Source: Leptogorgia sarmentosa (lineage: Eukaryota). From it: 64,000 bases of DNA. Shown one piece after another: positions 1 to 12,519 of this stretch (the stretch's first letter is position 1; each line of letters begins with the position of its first letter). The position numbers and the translations under genes are program-made. The stretch covers positions 21,576,001 to 21,640,000 of the forward strand of contig OZ210885.1 in NCBI GenBank assembly GCA_964658305.1, read 5' to 3'. The notes beneath the pieces were generated by a model, which saw nothing but the letters and a program-made list of their open reading frames with translations, was not told where the DNA came from and ran no database searches.

Positions 1-1330
1 GATTGGAAGTTTCGAAGCTGAAGAGGAAAGTATAAACACTGGTAGAATAACAACTGTATGTTTTCTGGTTGCCAAAGGAAGTACAAAATCAAGACCACTC
101 CTCAGTCTAGACACAAGTGTAAAGTTAGGGGTCCTGAAGATAACAAACGCAGTACAAGTTCGGAACACCGAAGATATCCCAACTTCTGCAAATGAAGTAC
201 CCAAAGACATCCCTACTTCACCAACCTCAAATGTTATCAATAATCAGAATTTAGTGTCTGATGTCGACGCGGTAAATTGCCCTAGTGCACGAGACTACGG
301 AGCTCTTACAAGGATGTTTTCACTGGTATTGGCAAACATAAGAATATAAAAGCCAAGTTAATCGTAGATGAATCAGTTATCCCAGTTGCCCATAAGCAGC
401 GAAAAATCCTGCACAACTTGCGATTGAAAGCCAAATCAGAAGAGAAATGGTTGAAAGAGCTGGGTATTATCGAGAATGTTCCAGATGGCCAACCAACTAT
501 GTGGTGTACTAATCCAGTGATAGCACCCAAACCACATAACCCTGACGCAATTCGATACTGCTCAGATATGCATGTCCCTAACACTGCAATAAAAAGGCCT
601 GTTACAGAAGTCCCTACTGTAAGTGACATAAAGTTCAAGCTAGAAGGAGCCAAAATATTTAGCGTATTGGATACGAATGAGGGCTATCATCAAATCGAGT
701 TGGATGAAGAAAGTCGATATCTCACTACCTTCCATGGAACCCGGCAAAAGTTAAGGTATACTAGATTAAATTATCGTACTATATCAGCGCAAGACATATT
801 TGATAGATCTATGGATGATACAATTGACGGACTGAACGGGGGGGTTGCACATTAGAGATGATTTCATCGTATATGGTCGTAATGAGGAAGAACATGATGA
901 AGCTTTAGGGTCCCTTCTTCAGCAGTTTAGGGAGTGTGGACTAACATTCAATCCAAAGAAATGCAAGTTTAGAATACCGGAGATCGAATTCTTTAGTTTT
1001 ATATTTTCGAATGAGGGAGTCAAGCCATCGCCCACCAAAGTTCAGGCTTTAAAAGAAATGAATCCACCTAAAAATGTAGCTGAAGTTCGGTCATTACTTG
1101 GGATGGCTCAATATTCAGCTCAGTTCATACCCGGTTTTCTGAAATCACTACACCTCTCCGTTGCTTGACTTGTAAAAATGCGAATTGGAAATGGAGTAGT
1201 CTAGAGCAGAAGCCCTGAAAAATGCATTATCATGTGATTCAGTTATCGGGTCTATGAAATTGGACAAGAGACGAGGCTTAAAGTCGATGCTGGACCAAAT
1301 GGCTTAGGCCAAATGGCCAACAGATCTTGG
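1..1330 (+). mobile_element. Ty3/Gypsy LTR retrotransposon pol fragment (RT and start of RNase H), frameshifted
   Basis: ORFs 418-855 and 845-1168 carry RT motifs FSVLDxxxGYHQIELD, IRDD, CKF and VRSLLG. VDAGPNGLG occurs near 1282-1310. No LTR seen. Confidence 0.9.
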
Positions 1331-4300
1331 TTCAACATCAACTGTTGACACTCCTAGCAGTGCTATTATATCCAGCCAGACATGCCAAAGTCAACGCTCA
1401 AGATGCCTCTCAAGATGTTGGTGACCAGGCTGTAGAAGCAGTGCAATCTCCTGAGGTTGACCTGAGTCAATCTCTTACACCTGAACTAACAGTGAGTAAA
1501 GTTTTAAAACCCCCCATTAATGTACTTTGTACCCTAATATAAGCTCAGAATTATGGGTTATGAGCTTAGTCTTTGTCATTTATATTTAGGGTGCCTGTAG
1601 TACTAGTACCAGTGATGCTTGGGTTCAAACAGTAGGAAATAAATGTCATAACTGTACAAAGCTCACTTCAATGTTGAGTCAAATGAAAAAGAGGATGTTA
1701 TTTTATAAGGCACAAGTAGAACATGGTAAGTTATCAGGCACTTATCTACTGTCAAAATTCCAAAATACAGGAATGTTAGTAATTTATATTTACAAATTTC
1801 ATTGTTTTATCCTGTTACTTTAGTTGAAAATGACAGTGATGAGTTAACTGAAGATGAAAGTGATTCATCAAGCACAGCACTTGATGAACCAGAGAGTGAT
1901 AGTGAAGGAGAAATTGCCTCTGAACATGCTGACTCAGAACCATCAGAGGTTGAACCACCTATGATCTCATCATCAGACATCAGTGATTCAGAAACAGAAG
2001 AAGGAGAGAATGTAAACAGGTGTGAATATTGAGTTATTTGTTAATTGTGGTACATCTGTATATGTTACATAATAGCATTACACATATTTTAATTCATTTT
2101 AGAGTGTATGTAAGATACCAGGTGCATTAGTTGAAATAATGAAATTTGGAACAATGGTACAAATACAAACAACTTGCAACAATGTAAAATGCATGCAGAA
2201 AAATAGAACATGGAACAGTCAACCAACCATGCCTGGCACGAATATTTCTGCTGGGAATCTACTGTTATCTTTTTCAATCTTATGTGGAGGTGAATCTGCC
2301 AGCAAAGTCATTCGGATATTCCAACACATGGGTTTGAGCTGTATTTCCCTCTCAACATTTTTCTGTCATCAACGTGTATGTATTGTACTTATAATGTGAA
2401 TAGTTTTGGTAACCAAATTTCTGCAAATTCTACAAATATCAAATAGGTATTTTGATGTTGATGCTCAATATTAAAATTGTTCTTTTTTATTAGACTAAAT
2501 TGTTACCAGCTATTCACTTGCATTGGAAAAGTTACCAAGAGGATATTAATGAAAAGTTGAAAGAAGAAAAAGACTTGGTAATGGCTGGAGATGGACGGCA
2601 CGACAGCATGGGCCACAGTGCCAAGTACTGTGCCTATAGTCTATACTGTTGTAATGTCCAATTCAATATGATTGTTGACTTCAGTTTGGTGCAGGTAGGT
2701 TTCTTAATTAAGGCTTGCGTTCAGCTGATTTGTATCAGTGGTAACATATAATGTATGTGGCTGTAATAAAGCACTATAGTAGTTTTATATAAATTACTTC
2801 AGAACTCCATAATTTTATAATTTATTTTATCATCAGAGAAATGTAGCAGGAAGCAGTCCTGCAATGGAGTATATGGGGTTTACTCAGTGTATGGACAAAA
2901 GCATGAAAAATGGTTTGGATGTGAAGACATTTGTGTCTGACCGACATGCCACTATTGCCAAACACATGCGAGAAAGGATGACAAGTACTAAACATTATTT
3001 TGACCTGTGGCACTTGGGAAAAAGTAATTCACACAATCATAGTAACACTAAAGTAACATTTAAAAACTGTAAAACAATTTATTGTCTTTTTTTGTTTTGT
3101 TTAGAAGTCACAAAAGTCTTGAGCAAGTTGGCAAAGGAGAAGGATTCAGAAGAGCTCATGAATTGGGTGAAGCCTTGTGTTAACCATTTGTATTGGAGTG
3201 CCACATCCACTACAGATGGTAATGGACAGGTTATCTGGGCAAAGTTTGAGTCGTTCTTACAGCACATCATAGGTGTGCATAAGAATTTACCCAATCCACT
3301 TTTCAACCAGTGTGCTCACAAGGAAAATTTAGAAGAAAGGACCTGGCTTGATAAAGGTAAATTACATTTGAATTAAATTACTCAGTACAATAATAAGTAT
3401 ATCAGGTTGTTTATTAAGTACCATAATCCGATTGAAATCTAGATTCTGGTGTCTATGAAAAGTTAAAAAATGCTCTTCTCAACAAGAAGTTAAAGAATGG
3501 CATATCCCAAGCATCCCCATTATCCCAGACAAGCTGTTTGGAAGGATTCCATTCAGTCTTAAATCATTTCTCGCCAAAGATGATTGCCTACTCTTTTCAG
3601 GGGATGTATTGCATGTAGGCAACAACAGACTATGTTTGACCTTGTGCCTGTGTTTGACTATATAATGTTAGATGCAGTAATTTGAGTAAATTGATATAAA
3701 TGACATTATGACAGTATTATATACAAGTTACATTACTGTTATAGGCACATTTTGGCTGTTTGTCATTTCAACCTCAATCTGAACAGAGAAGAAAAGACAA
3801 CTCCATCTAGCAAACCTCAAATTAAGGTGGTTTTTCCAAAATTCAAAAATGGAGAAGCCACAGTTCGAAGTATAAAAGTTGCTCCAAAATTTGGTATGGG
3901 TTTTAAAGCAAGGCTTATAATAATATAATATAATCATCTTATATAAAATTTTATTCTGGTAATAAATATAATGTTAATTATGTATATATACACCATTTTA
4001 GATTATGTTGAAGACATACATAAAAGAATGGTAAATGCCGGCAAAACATCATTGGCCTCTGCTTACAAGGAGTTGGTTGAAATGACCCCAAAAGCTATGA
4101 ATACAATGCTCCAAAAGCAGTCGAGAGAGGAGGCAGTTGCCAAAAAAATGGTTTATTACTGTTCCACCAACAGGTAGGATAAACATTGGACTGGTAAAAT
4201 CTAACTGAAATTAAGCTACATTTTATACTTATTCTTATTCTTGAATATATGATTTATGAAAATTTAATTTTTCAGCACCTATTGTTCAGGATACACCTCA

Positions 4301-4409
4301 AGTCAGTCAGGTGCACCAAAGACAAAGAACAAAACCTTGTTGTAAGGCCTGTGGCCAACCTATGAAAGGTCACAAGAATGTTCAAAATTGTCCAAAAAAC
4401 CAGAAATAA
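1330..4409 (+). pseudogene. Multi-exon Kolobok-type DDE transposase, 5'-truncated and degenerate
   Basis: About 11 GT-AG-bounded exons. Motifs: DGRHDSMGHSAKYCAYS (2590-2640), FVSDRH, HYFDLWH, NHLYW, TSCLEGFHSVLNHFSPK (about 3527-3580) and a C-terminal CKACGQPMKGH knuckle. Stop TAA at 4407-4409. Confidence 0.8.
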
Positions 4410-4454
4410 ATTATTTTTTCTTATTACAGCCTCTGACAAAAGTAATTGCGCCAT

Positions 4455-5458
4455 CTATGCCAATTCTTCCTCGTCCTTATATCCAGTAAATGCTTTTGTG
4501 ATAAACTTTGACCTTATTGAATGGTATGCACATGCTGGCAATGGTATTCTTCTTTTTCCTACGAGGCCATAGACAAGTTGAATGAACTCCCTGTATGCCA
4601 CACTTCGTAAATATCTACAAGAAAAAAGTGTCAGGACATATGGAATATTTTTAATTACAAATAATACACATAATTTTTTACATGTTTTGTTTAAAACTGT
4701 CTAATAAGTGATATTGTAATAGCACGAAATTGTCAAAAGACCAAGTTATAACTGCAAGCTTATGCTAAAAATTGCCGAATGCTCATAATTTTTAATTCAC
4801 CTGTTTTCATTATCACCAACTTCATATTTCTTTCTGTCTATTTTTCGGTATTTTGGTCCAGACATTCGTAATGACCACGTACTTAAACAGACAGAAGGGA
4901 AGCCAGGATGTATTGTTATGCATTTTGGTATTTCCGACACTTCTTGCTTGACCAGATCACTTTCCAATGCCGCAATACAGGCATCGAATTCCATGCAGCA
5001 TTGGCACTCCATTTCGTTTTGTAAAAGATTAACCTTGCAACAACCACACTTGCACCTATGTAAGTTTGTAAGAGTCCACTATGAAGTATGAATTATTTAT
5101 TATGGGATAAAGACATGAAAATATTTTCAAAAAGGATATATCAAAGACGAAGTATGAATATTAAGTAAATAGTAGAAATACCAATACGGGGCAATACCTA
5201 CCAACTTTCCAAAGTGACTTGACTGCTCAGAAGGGAGTGAAGTTCCTCTAATTTTTCTTCTTTCGCACATCTTTGTTGATAATAATTATCAATCCATTCC
5301 TGATCAGCTATAGGTTCATCGCTGTAGGGTTGAAATTCATACAAATCCTCATCACGAGATTCGACAGCGCCGTCCTCAACCTCCATGATATAACCGGGAA
5401 TAAAGTTTATTTCCGAGTCATCTTGGCTGCTTAATGCGTCCGAGAGGCTTGAAGACAT
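4455..5458 (-). CDS. KolX / P2X7 cytoplasmic-ballast-like Cys-rich protein, 3 exons (5458-5202, 5055-4801, 4614-4455)
   Basis: Splice phases join into one open frame: ...ESW-CKCGCC...ECQCC...CITIHPGFPSVCL...R-YLRSVAYREF...GKRRIPLPACAY, ending at TAG. Confidence 0.8.
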
Positions 5459-5939
5459 TGTCTTATTGCAATTTAAAAGCAAATCGTCAAAAAGCTATCG
5501 TATTTTAGTTCGTAGCGACGAAATATATGAAGAGAACCTTGCACTTTACTATATATTTTATACTTTGCAAATTTTGCGTGTTCTCAACGTGACGTCATAT
5601 CCGGCAAAGAAAGTTTCTTAGTCCCGAGTCTTTTTGTTCTCACGGTAGAACGTAAAAATCACATCTTTGGGTTCAAAAAAGTCGACGAAGATGAAATTTT
5701 CGTCTTATCAAATGTATTGCAAAGTTGCTTAAAATCGTCTAAACTATAGGAATACGTAAAATGCAAAAACATTACATAGGCACTTTAAGTAGGGGTAAAA
5801 TTCAACAATACTTGTTAGTTAGGTTTCGCCCAACAAACAATTTAGAAAATTGAGCATTTCTGCTGTACTCTTAATTTATTTCATAGCAAAGCTAATATGT
5901 TATAAGCTGAAAGTGAACTATGCACTAAATTGAACATAC

Positions 5940-6564
5940 CTTCAACATGGGAACATTTAGTATTTGTTTTTGCTTTTTCCCGAACAGACATAATTTTCAC
6001 CAAATTTATGATGAAAAATTTACTTGGTAGTTTGGTGACATCTTGGTTTCTTTTGAGGGTGAACTCTGAGTGACAGTCAGGACATGGAAATATCTTGATG
6101 TTTTTACCACCACGCAGACCTTCAACACACTTTCCTAAACATATAGACATGTAAAGTATTCAAGATTGATTTAGCCAAAGGTTTGATCTCAGTTATGATA
6201 CTGATATGAATTACATGACGAAGTTTTGACTTACGACGTTTCGACTGACAAGTGATCTTGTTTTAATACTGCGCTTGTGAAAATACGCAGAATTAACATC
6301 AACACTACGCCACCAGCCGATCAGCATACCTTTGTACCATCACTGTTTGTATTACTTGGCAAAATACATATTTGGTGATTTCTAAACTGTTAAATATCAA
6401 TGAAAACCTGTGCCAAGCAGACGAATTTAAACAAACAAAGCGTATTACTCACCTATACATACTTTACAGAAAATATGAAAGCAAGGCAAGCTTCTTGGAT
6501 CATTCAAAGTCTCTAAACACATCGAACATGTGAGTTGATCTTCAATTTCATCAGCACATGCCAT
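5940..6564 (-). CDS. First two coding exons (6564-6453, 6134-5940) of a C3HC4 RING-finger (TRIM-like) protein; remainder not found
   Basis: MACADEIEDQLTCSMCLETLNDPRSLPCFHIFCKVCIG splices in phase to KCVEG...FPCPDC, completing the RING. Donors GTGAGT and GTATGT are canonical. Confidence 0.75.
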
Positions 6565-6662
6565 TTCAGTTGAAATTTCGCGTTTTCGTTTCGAGGCCTG
6601 GGTTCGTTCTTCCTTGAAAATTGCGACATTCCGGAAATGCATTGGAATTACGTACAGCTTAA

Positions 6663-7320
6663 GGGGGTCCAATACTCAAAAAAAATTTTCTTGTGTTTTA
6701 ATGCTATGATGTTCATTTATGGTAAATTTTTAGGGCATGGTGCCACTAACATAAAAAACTTTTTGTCAAAGTTACTGTTGCCATGGTTACCATGTTCATT
6801 ACCCCCTGGTGGTGAAAAAATAAACATATTTGTAAACATGATATTTCAAGAAGTATCACTATGAATGATAGAAACCTGAAATAACTTTTGTTTAATAGTA
6901 TAGCTGATACTCTTGGAAATGAACCAAAACTATGGTGATTGAGGCAAAAATAAATTTTTTGTGGACAAAATATTGAAAATACATATTATCGGTATGGTAC
7001 TGACTATCACAACTTTAATGTTATACCAAATATTTTGATGATTCTGGTTCACCTCCTAGAACATAGTCTACAGAGTTTACCATGTGAATTACGAGTAATT
7101 TGGTCGACTATTTTTGGTGCTATCATGTTTGAAGCTTAAGAAATGCATAAGCGAGAAAAACGCATTTGAAATTTTGACAAAGTTAAACGTTTAATAAATG
7201 CCTCATGATAACATGTTTGCATACAAAAATCATCCTTACACAAATGGTAATGATTTGGTATGACAAATGAAATCATTTAGTACAAGTAGTATTCACCAGA
7301 CAGTACATTCATGTATATTT
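6663..7320. mobile_element. Possible end fragment of a non-autonomous TTAA-targeting (Kolobok-like) element
   Basis: TTAA (6659-6662) followed by GGGGGTCCAATACTC and non-coding AT-rich DNA. Partner TIR not found. Confidence 0.3.
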
Positions 7321-7326
7321 CGTTTA

Positions 7327-7995
7327 GGGGCTGATTACATGAGGCGAGTTGGCTCGGTCAGCCGGGACAAGATGAAGCATGCGATTACATGCGAATTACT
7401 GGCCGGTCGGACAGGCGCAAAGGAAACTATTGGTTGAAGAAAAGCTCGACATATCAAAATGAGAAGACTGCTGAGAAAGAAGCGAGCTATTTGGGTAAAG
7501 AATGGAAGAACTGACGTCTGGTGGAGAAATATGATTAACGGAATATCACCAGCAGATGACTGGAAAAGGAATTTCCGCATGTCCAGAGAACGGTTTACTG
7601 AACTGTGCGAAGAACTTCGACCCTATATATTTCCAGGTGTATCTCCAAACTATCTTGCATTGTCCGTTGAAAAAAAAGTTGGTGTCACACTATATTACTT
7701 GAAAGATACTGGAAGTATCTGGATGACAGCAAACACCTTTGGCATACACCAGTGCACCGTATCGAAAATTGTCCTAGAAGTTTGTACTGCTATATCTACC
7801 CATCTGTCTCCTAAATATATTCATTTGCCCAAAACAGAAGATGAAATGAGAGTCAAGGTTGCAGAGTGTGAAGCAAAATTTGGCATGGTACAAGCATTTG
7901 GGAGCATTGATGGAACCCATATTCCTATTCGAAGACCACTTGTTGACTCCCAGGACTGCTTTAATTATAAACAATTTTTCTCCATTAGTGTTCTC
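7327..7995 (+). mobile_element. PIF/Harbinger fragment: left TIR and N-terminal half of a HARBI1-like transposase
   Basis: TTA followed by GGGGCTGATTACATG. ORF 7459-8019 contains FRMSRERF, IDGTHIPI and FNYKQFFSI, then breaks off. Confidence 0.85.
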
Positions 7996-8437
7996 ATAAA
8001 GTTTTCGCTAAGGATATAATAATGCAGAATATAACTTTGAAGGGCCAAATATTAAACAAGCAAACCCTTGGACAAAGCCACTGTTGCAAGGAAACCCTGA
8101 AAACTCTGAAAACCACTTAATAGGTATGTACAGCACTTTTACCGCTGATTTGTTAAAGCCGCTGTCAAATTCACGTTAATAGAATTGTCATGTTTGCAAA
8201 AATTAAAAGGTTTTTTTTCGACTCATTCGTAACCGTTTCCCTTCTGGAAAAACCCTAGCACCAGCTCAAGGGTTCAACATCCTATGAAGGTGTTTATACA
8301 TTTTTGTATCTGCGAATTCGCAGATACTATGCTATGACCCTGTTAGCTTCTAGCCAATCAGCGACAAACTTTTGCTTACAATGACGTAATGCAAGATGGC
8401 GGCATTCGAGGAGTGAAGGGGATGTTTTTCAATGGGA

Positions 8438-10338
8438 TTTTATCAAGCATAATGGCATAGATAATCTGCATGAATGGGTAACAAAGCTATAAAAGGTGGA
8501 AAACGCCATGAACTCGGCTCTTGTTCAGTTACACGGTTGAGAAGCAAGTGGGATCTTTTGTTTGAAGGGAGCACGACTCACCCGAATTCTATCATGGCCG
8601 AAGAACATGTTCAGTTCCCCGAGGAACCTCGATAAGAACCGATGGACGCTCAAGTCGGACAAGCCGACCCCGCGCCGCCAGTGGCAAATCCAAACGCCCA
8701 GTGCCAAACGACAATGAGTTGGAGGTAATTACAATCCTTATTCACTCTTGTCATTTCAGACATTCGTGATTTTACTGCCTCACATCGGTTCCCAGCTGTG
8801 CCGTCGTTACGCTCGTCAGTTTTCTCGTTCGCTGGATTGTCGATCTGCTGATCACGGTTCTACCGGCGGGTTTTTCATGCTGTTCATTGTATTTGTCTTG
8901 GATAATTTCGTTGTTTCAGCATGGCCTGTCCTGTTGATTCGGGTGAGAGAACATGATGTCTATGCATAATTATTTGTGCGATTTCGCCAGTGGTGAGGTC
9001 ACGGTGGTTAATATCACGGTGGCCACACAGCAATTACAGTGGTTGATGTGGGCAAGGTTTCACCAGGCACAAGTTTACAGTCGTTAATAGGCGCGAGATT
9101 TCCCGAGCGACTAGCTTATACACGCTGTGGGGGCGAGATTTCGCCACACAGCAATTACAGTGGTTGATGTGGGCGAGGTTTCGCCAGGCACGAGTTTACA
9201 GTCGTCAATAGGGTCTAGATTTCGTGAGCGACGAGTTTATAGATGCCATAGGGGCGAGATTTCACCAGCGAACCATTGCAGTGGTTGATGTGGGTGAGGT
9301 TTTGTCAGGGACGAGTTTATAGAGGTTATATGGGCGAGCGTTCGCCAGCCCTCCCTGCGTTCGCGGGGTCTTGGCGATCATGTCCTTGGCGACCTTTTCG
9401 GGGTCAGATCTAGGGACTTCGTTTGTTTGTTGTAGAGACGGGTACCTACCACTACCGTAAGTGACCGATTTGAGGAACAACTCGAGGAATCGGTGGCGCA
9501 GATGCCTGTCATGCAATGGGTTAATTCTTCTGGCAACCCCGTGTTGGTCGGTAAGGATATGACGCCCAATCAGGATCTTGTTGCACACGTTTCCCAGGTA
9601 GAAAAGGCCTGGCGTTGGGAGATGTCAATACTCTGACCTTACGGGATCCCCGGACGTTCCATGTGGGAGAACTTCATAATCATGTCCAATCGTGGACAGC
9701 GATGGCCTCGCGCAATCCTTTTCCCAATCATGTGGAAGTTTTAACTGGGAATGAACATAGGGTCTCGGTTTTCCCCTATTTTCAGCATTTTAAAGGAACC
9801 TACCAACAAACGTCGTACGACTCTGACCGCCCACCATTCAGGAGGAAATTTAGTTTGGGGGGTTAAGGAATGAGTATTGGGTGAATGAGAGTGTATGTTG
9901 GAGTTGGTTCGATAGGTAGTTTGGATGAGGATGGGCCTATAGACAAAAAAGGATCAGGTTGGATGCTGGCGCTGATCAATATTGCCATACCTTAAATAAA
10001 CTGAGCATGAAGTCGAGCAATGAGAAATAGTATACTAATAGTAATGATATGCAAACAACAAATTAAGGACAAACAAAGGTTTTATCAAGCATAATGGCAT
10101 AGATAATCTGCATGAATGGGTAATAAAGCTATAAAAGGTGGAAAACACCATGAACTCGGCTCTTGTTCAGTTACACAGCTGAGAAGCAAGTGGCGAGCCA
10201 CCCACCCACCCCAGAATTCGGGTGAGTCGTGTGCCGCAACTCCACGCCAAGCTTTCAGCTTGGTGTGGGGCACTGATCAACATTGCCATACCTTAAATAA
10301 ACTGAGCATGAAGTCGAGCAATGAGAAATAGTATACTA
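8438..10338 (+). mobile_element. Internally deleted YR retrotransposon (Ngaro/PAT-type split direct repeats)
   Basis: A1 8438-8551 matches A2 10080-10193, and B1 9968-10037 matches B2 10269-10338. The remnant ORF 9615-9840 (LRDPxxFHVGELH...FKGTY...SDRPP) resembles the N-terminus of DIRS-group RT ORFs. Confidence 0.75.
9022..9347. repeat. Diverged 40/41-bp tandem array with a 121-bp trimer
   Basis: GGGCGAG(A/G)TTTCGCC-like cores start at about 9050, 9091, 9131, 9171, 9212, 9252, 9292 and 9332. Confidence 0.85.
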
Positions 10339-11889
10339 TATAAAAACTGGATCTCTAATCATATTCAAGATGGCGGTTCAAAATTGAAATAAGGCCAAAA
10401 CGATATAAATATAATTAAATAATTTAATGACATTTACTTGTAATATTAGGTAATCTCATGATATTCATTATAAAGCCATAGTTTTATGCATATTGGAGGC
10501 ACCAAGAAAGTTTTTTTTGCAAGGAATTTCCTCATATTTTTCACGAAAGAGTCGAAGGAGGAAAGTGAGATATGCTGTATATGAGAACAGTCAACACTAA
10601 CTAAACAATTGCCTATTTGATAAGACAGCATGCTGATTTAGGAAATCTGTTTGAATATAGTTCTAGGTTTTAATGTTTTGTGCATTAGCTTTGGGGTTCG
10701 TTTAGTTTCATATTTAGGGTTAGCTTTAGTTTATGTTCATTTATTGCTTGCAAACCAATACTTTAGTGATAGATTTAGGGGCAACCTGGACTTTTTAGCA
10801 TGCCCGATTGCGCTTTCCGACGACTCATCCATCAGTTCTGCTTCAGTGTGCGCTTGCGAACGTATTTTTTACAAATTGGCATGCATGTGTTTTAATTTAA
10901 ACTAGCGGGGATTCAGTTCAGTAATACTTTTATACGAACTATGTTGTTTTCTCCTTCAACAAAATATCACTTATTATAACACGCTGCATGAAGGGCCAAT
11001 TGAACTAACCACCATGCAGAGTATCACAGCAGCAGTAGGTTTACGGCACAATTGTACTTGTCAGTCCAATCAGGAATCAGGGGGGGCCTTGTTCGGCATA
11101 CGTGGACTTTATGTGAGCTACTGTACATTACATTGTAATTTGGAGAGCATATACGTGTAGTCAGATAGATATGTTTGGGCGAGGCATATTTTCCAGATGT
11201 TGTCTTTTTCACAGACCTCAAAAAAACAGTCGGTTTGCGACATTCCGATGCGAAAGCCACTGTTGTAAGGAAACTCTGAACACTACTTAACAAGTGTGTG
11301 ACACTTTACCGCTAATTTGGCGAAGTTGCTGTGAAATTCATGCAGATATAATTTTCACTTTTGTAAAGTTAAAAGGTTTTTTTCAACTTTTATTCGTATC
11401 TGTTTCCCTTAAGAAATACCCCAGCACCAGATTAAGGGTTAAACTTTTGCCGCCAATCCTATCAAGACACATTTGTATGAGATGCATGGTGAATCCAGAA
11501 CTTTGATAATACTTTTATAACTTTTTCCCCCTTCACAAAATGTCATGCCACACCTTACTATAACACTTTTAAAACCTTAAATAGCTGCACTGCATGCACA
11601 TGTAAGTGCCATTATAGCTATACCTGTTAGTAAGTTCTGATTGTGTCGTGAACATTGCAAAGAATGTTACATAACCTTTTTTGTCAAAAGTGGTTGCAGT
11701 TTTTAGATATCTTTTTTAATACGACGTACCGTTGTTTCTACATAATACGTTTCGAAAAAAATACAAAATTTGAAACCTGTCGACCGAGAAATACGAAATT
11801 TAAAACCTGTCGACCGATTATTAAGTTGAACTGCATGTGGACCTCATGTTCTCATTTGACACCGATGACGTGGTTGGTGAGTTCTTACA

Positions 11890-12380
11890 CGGTGCATAAG
11901 CCAAAAATTCCATGACCCTCGTTCAAGCAACTGCATCCACTGCTCAAGCCATTTATGACAAGATGAATGTAGTTCTAAATAAACATGATATACCTTGGGA
12001 TTACTGTGTTGGAATGTCTGTAGACAATACATCTGTGAACGTTGGAAGGCACAACTCCATAAAAACACGGGTTGAGGATGCTAATGCATGGATACAGTGT
12101 ATTTCATTGGTTGCCCTTGTCATATTTTACACAACACAGCTTTTATGGAGGTAAGGCATTTGAAGAGATAGTGAACTTCTCTGCTGATGATTTGTGTGTT
12201 GACATTTTCTACTGGTTTGAACACTTTTCTGAGAGAAGGAACATTCTATCGAACTTCTGTGACTTTTGTGATGTTCAATACAGACAGGTCATTAAACATG
12301 TAAGCACAAGATGCCTTAGCTCGGAATCTGCAGTGGAGCATGTTTTGAAGCAGTTTAGCCATCTCAAATCTCAAAATTAT
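11890..12380 (+). pseudogene. hAT-like transposase fragment
   Basis: CVGMSVDNTSVNVGRHNS, frameshifted GCPCHILHNTA, DIFYWF and KHVSTR(W>C)LS. Confidence 0.75.
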
Positions 12381-12519
12381 ATATAACTGTTAACCTAATA
12401 CCTAATAACCCCTAATTATTAAAGTTTGATGATAAAGTTGTTTTTTTTCTAAATATAATGCTAATTCTAATTAATTGATAGTTGTCCTTAAGGTATTTTA
12501 TACTTCTCGTTTATCATGT

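Larger units (their letters stand above)
1330..5784. mobile_element. Kolobok-like DNA transposon, left end lost
   Basis: Convergent transposase and KolX-like genes. The right end ...CATAGGCACT is followed by TTAA at 5785-5788, giving an AG terminus on the minus strand. Confidence 0.75.

Noticed and set aside
9022..9347. CRISPR-like reading of the 40-bp array
   Set aside because: The tails are homologous to one another and repeat every third unit.
10240..10338. Hammerhead ribozyme next to the hairpin
   Set aside because: CTGATCAA does not match the CUGANGA core, and I could not build the three stems.
8392..10378. CAAGATGGCGG YY1-like motifs at 8392 and 10367 as element termini
   Set aside because: They are short common motifs lying outside the A/B repeats, with no TSD support.
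10446..11915. Short ORFs in this interval, and antisense ORFs over TE genes elsewhere
   Set aside because: No recognisable motifs; these are shadow or random frames.
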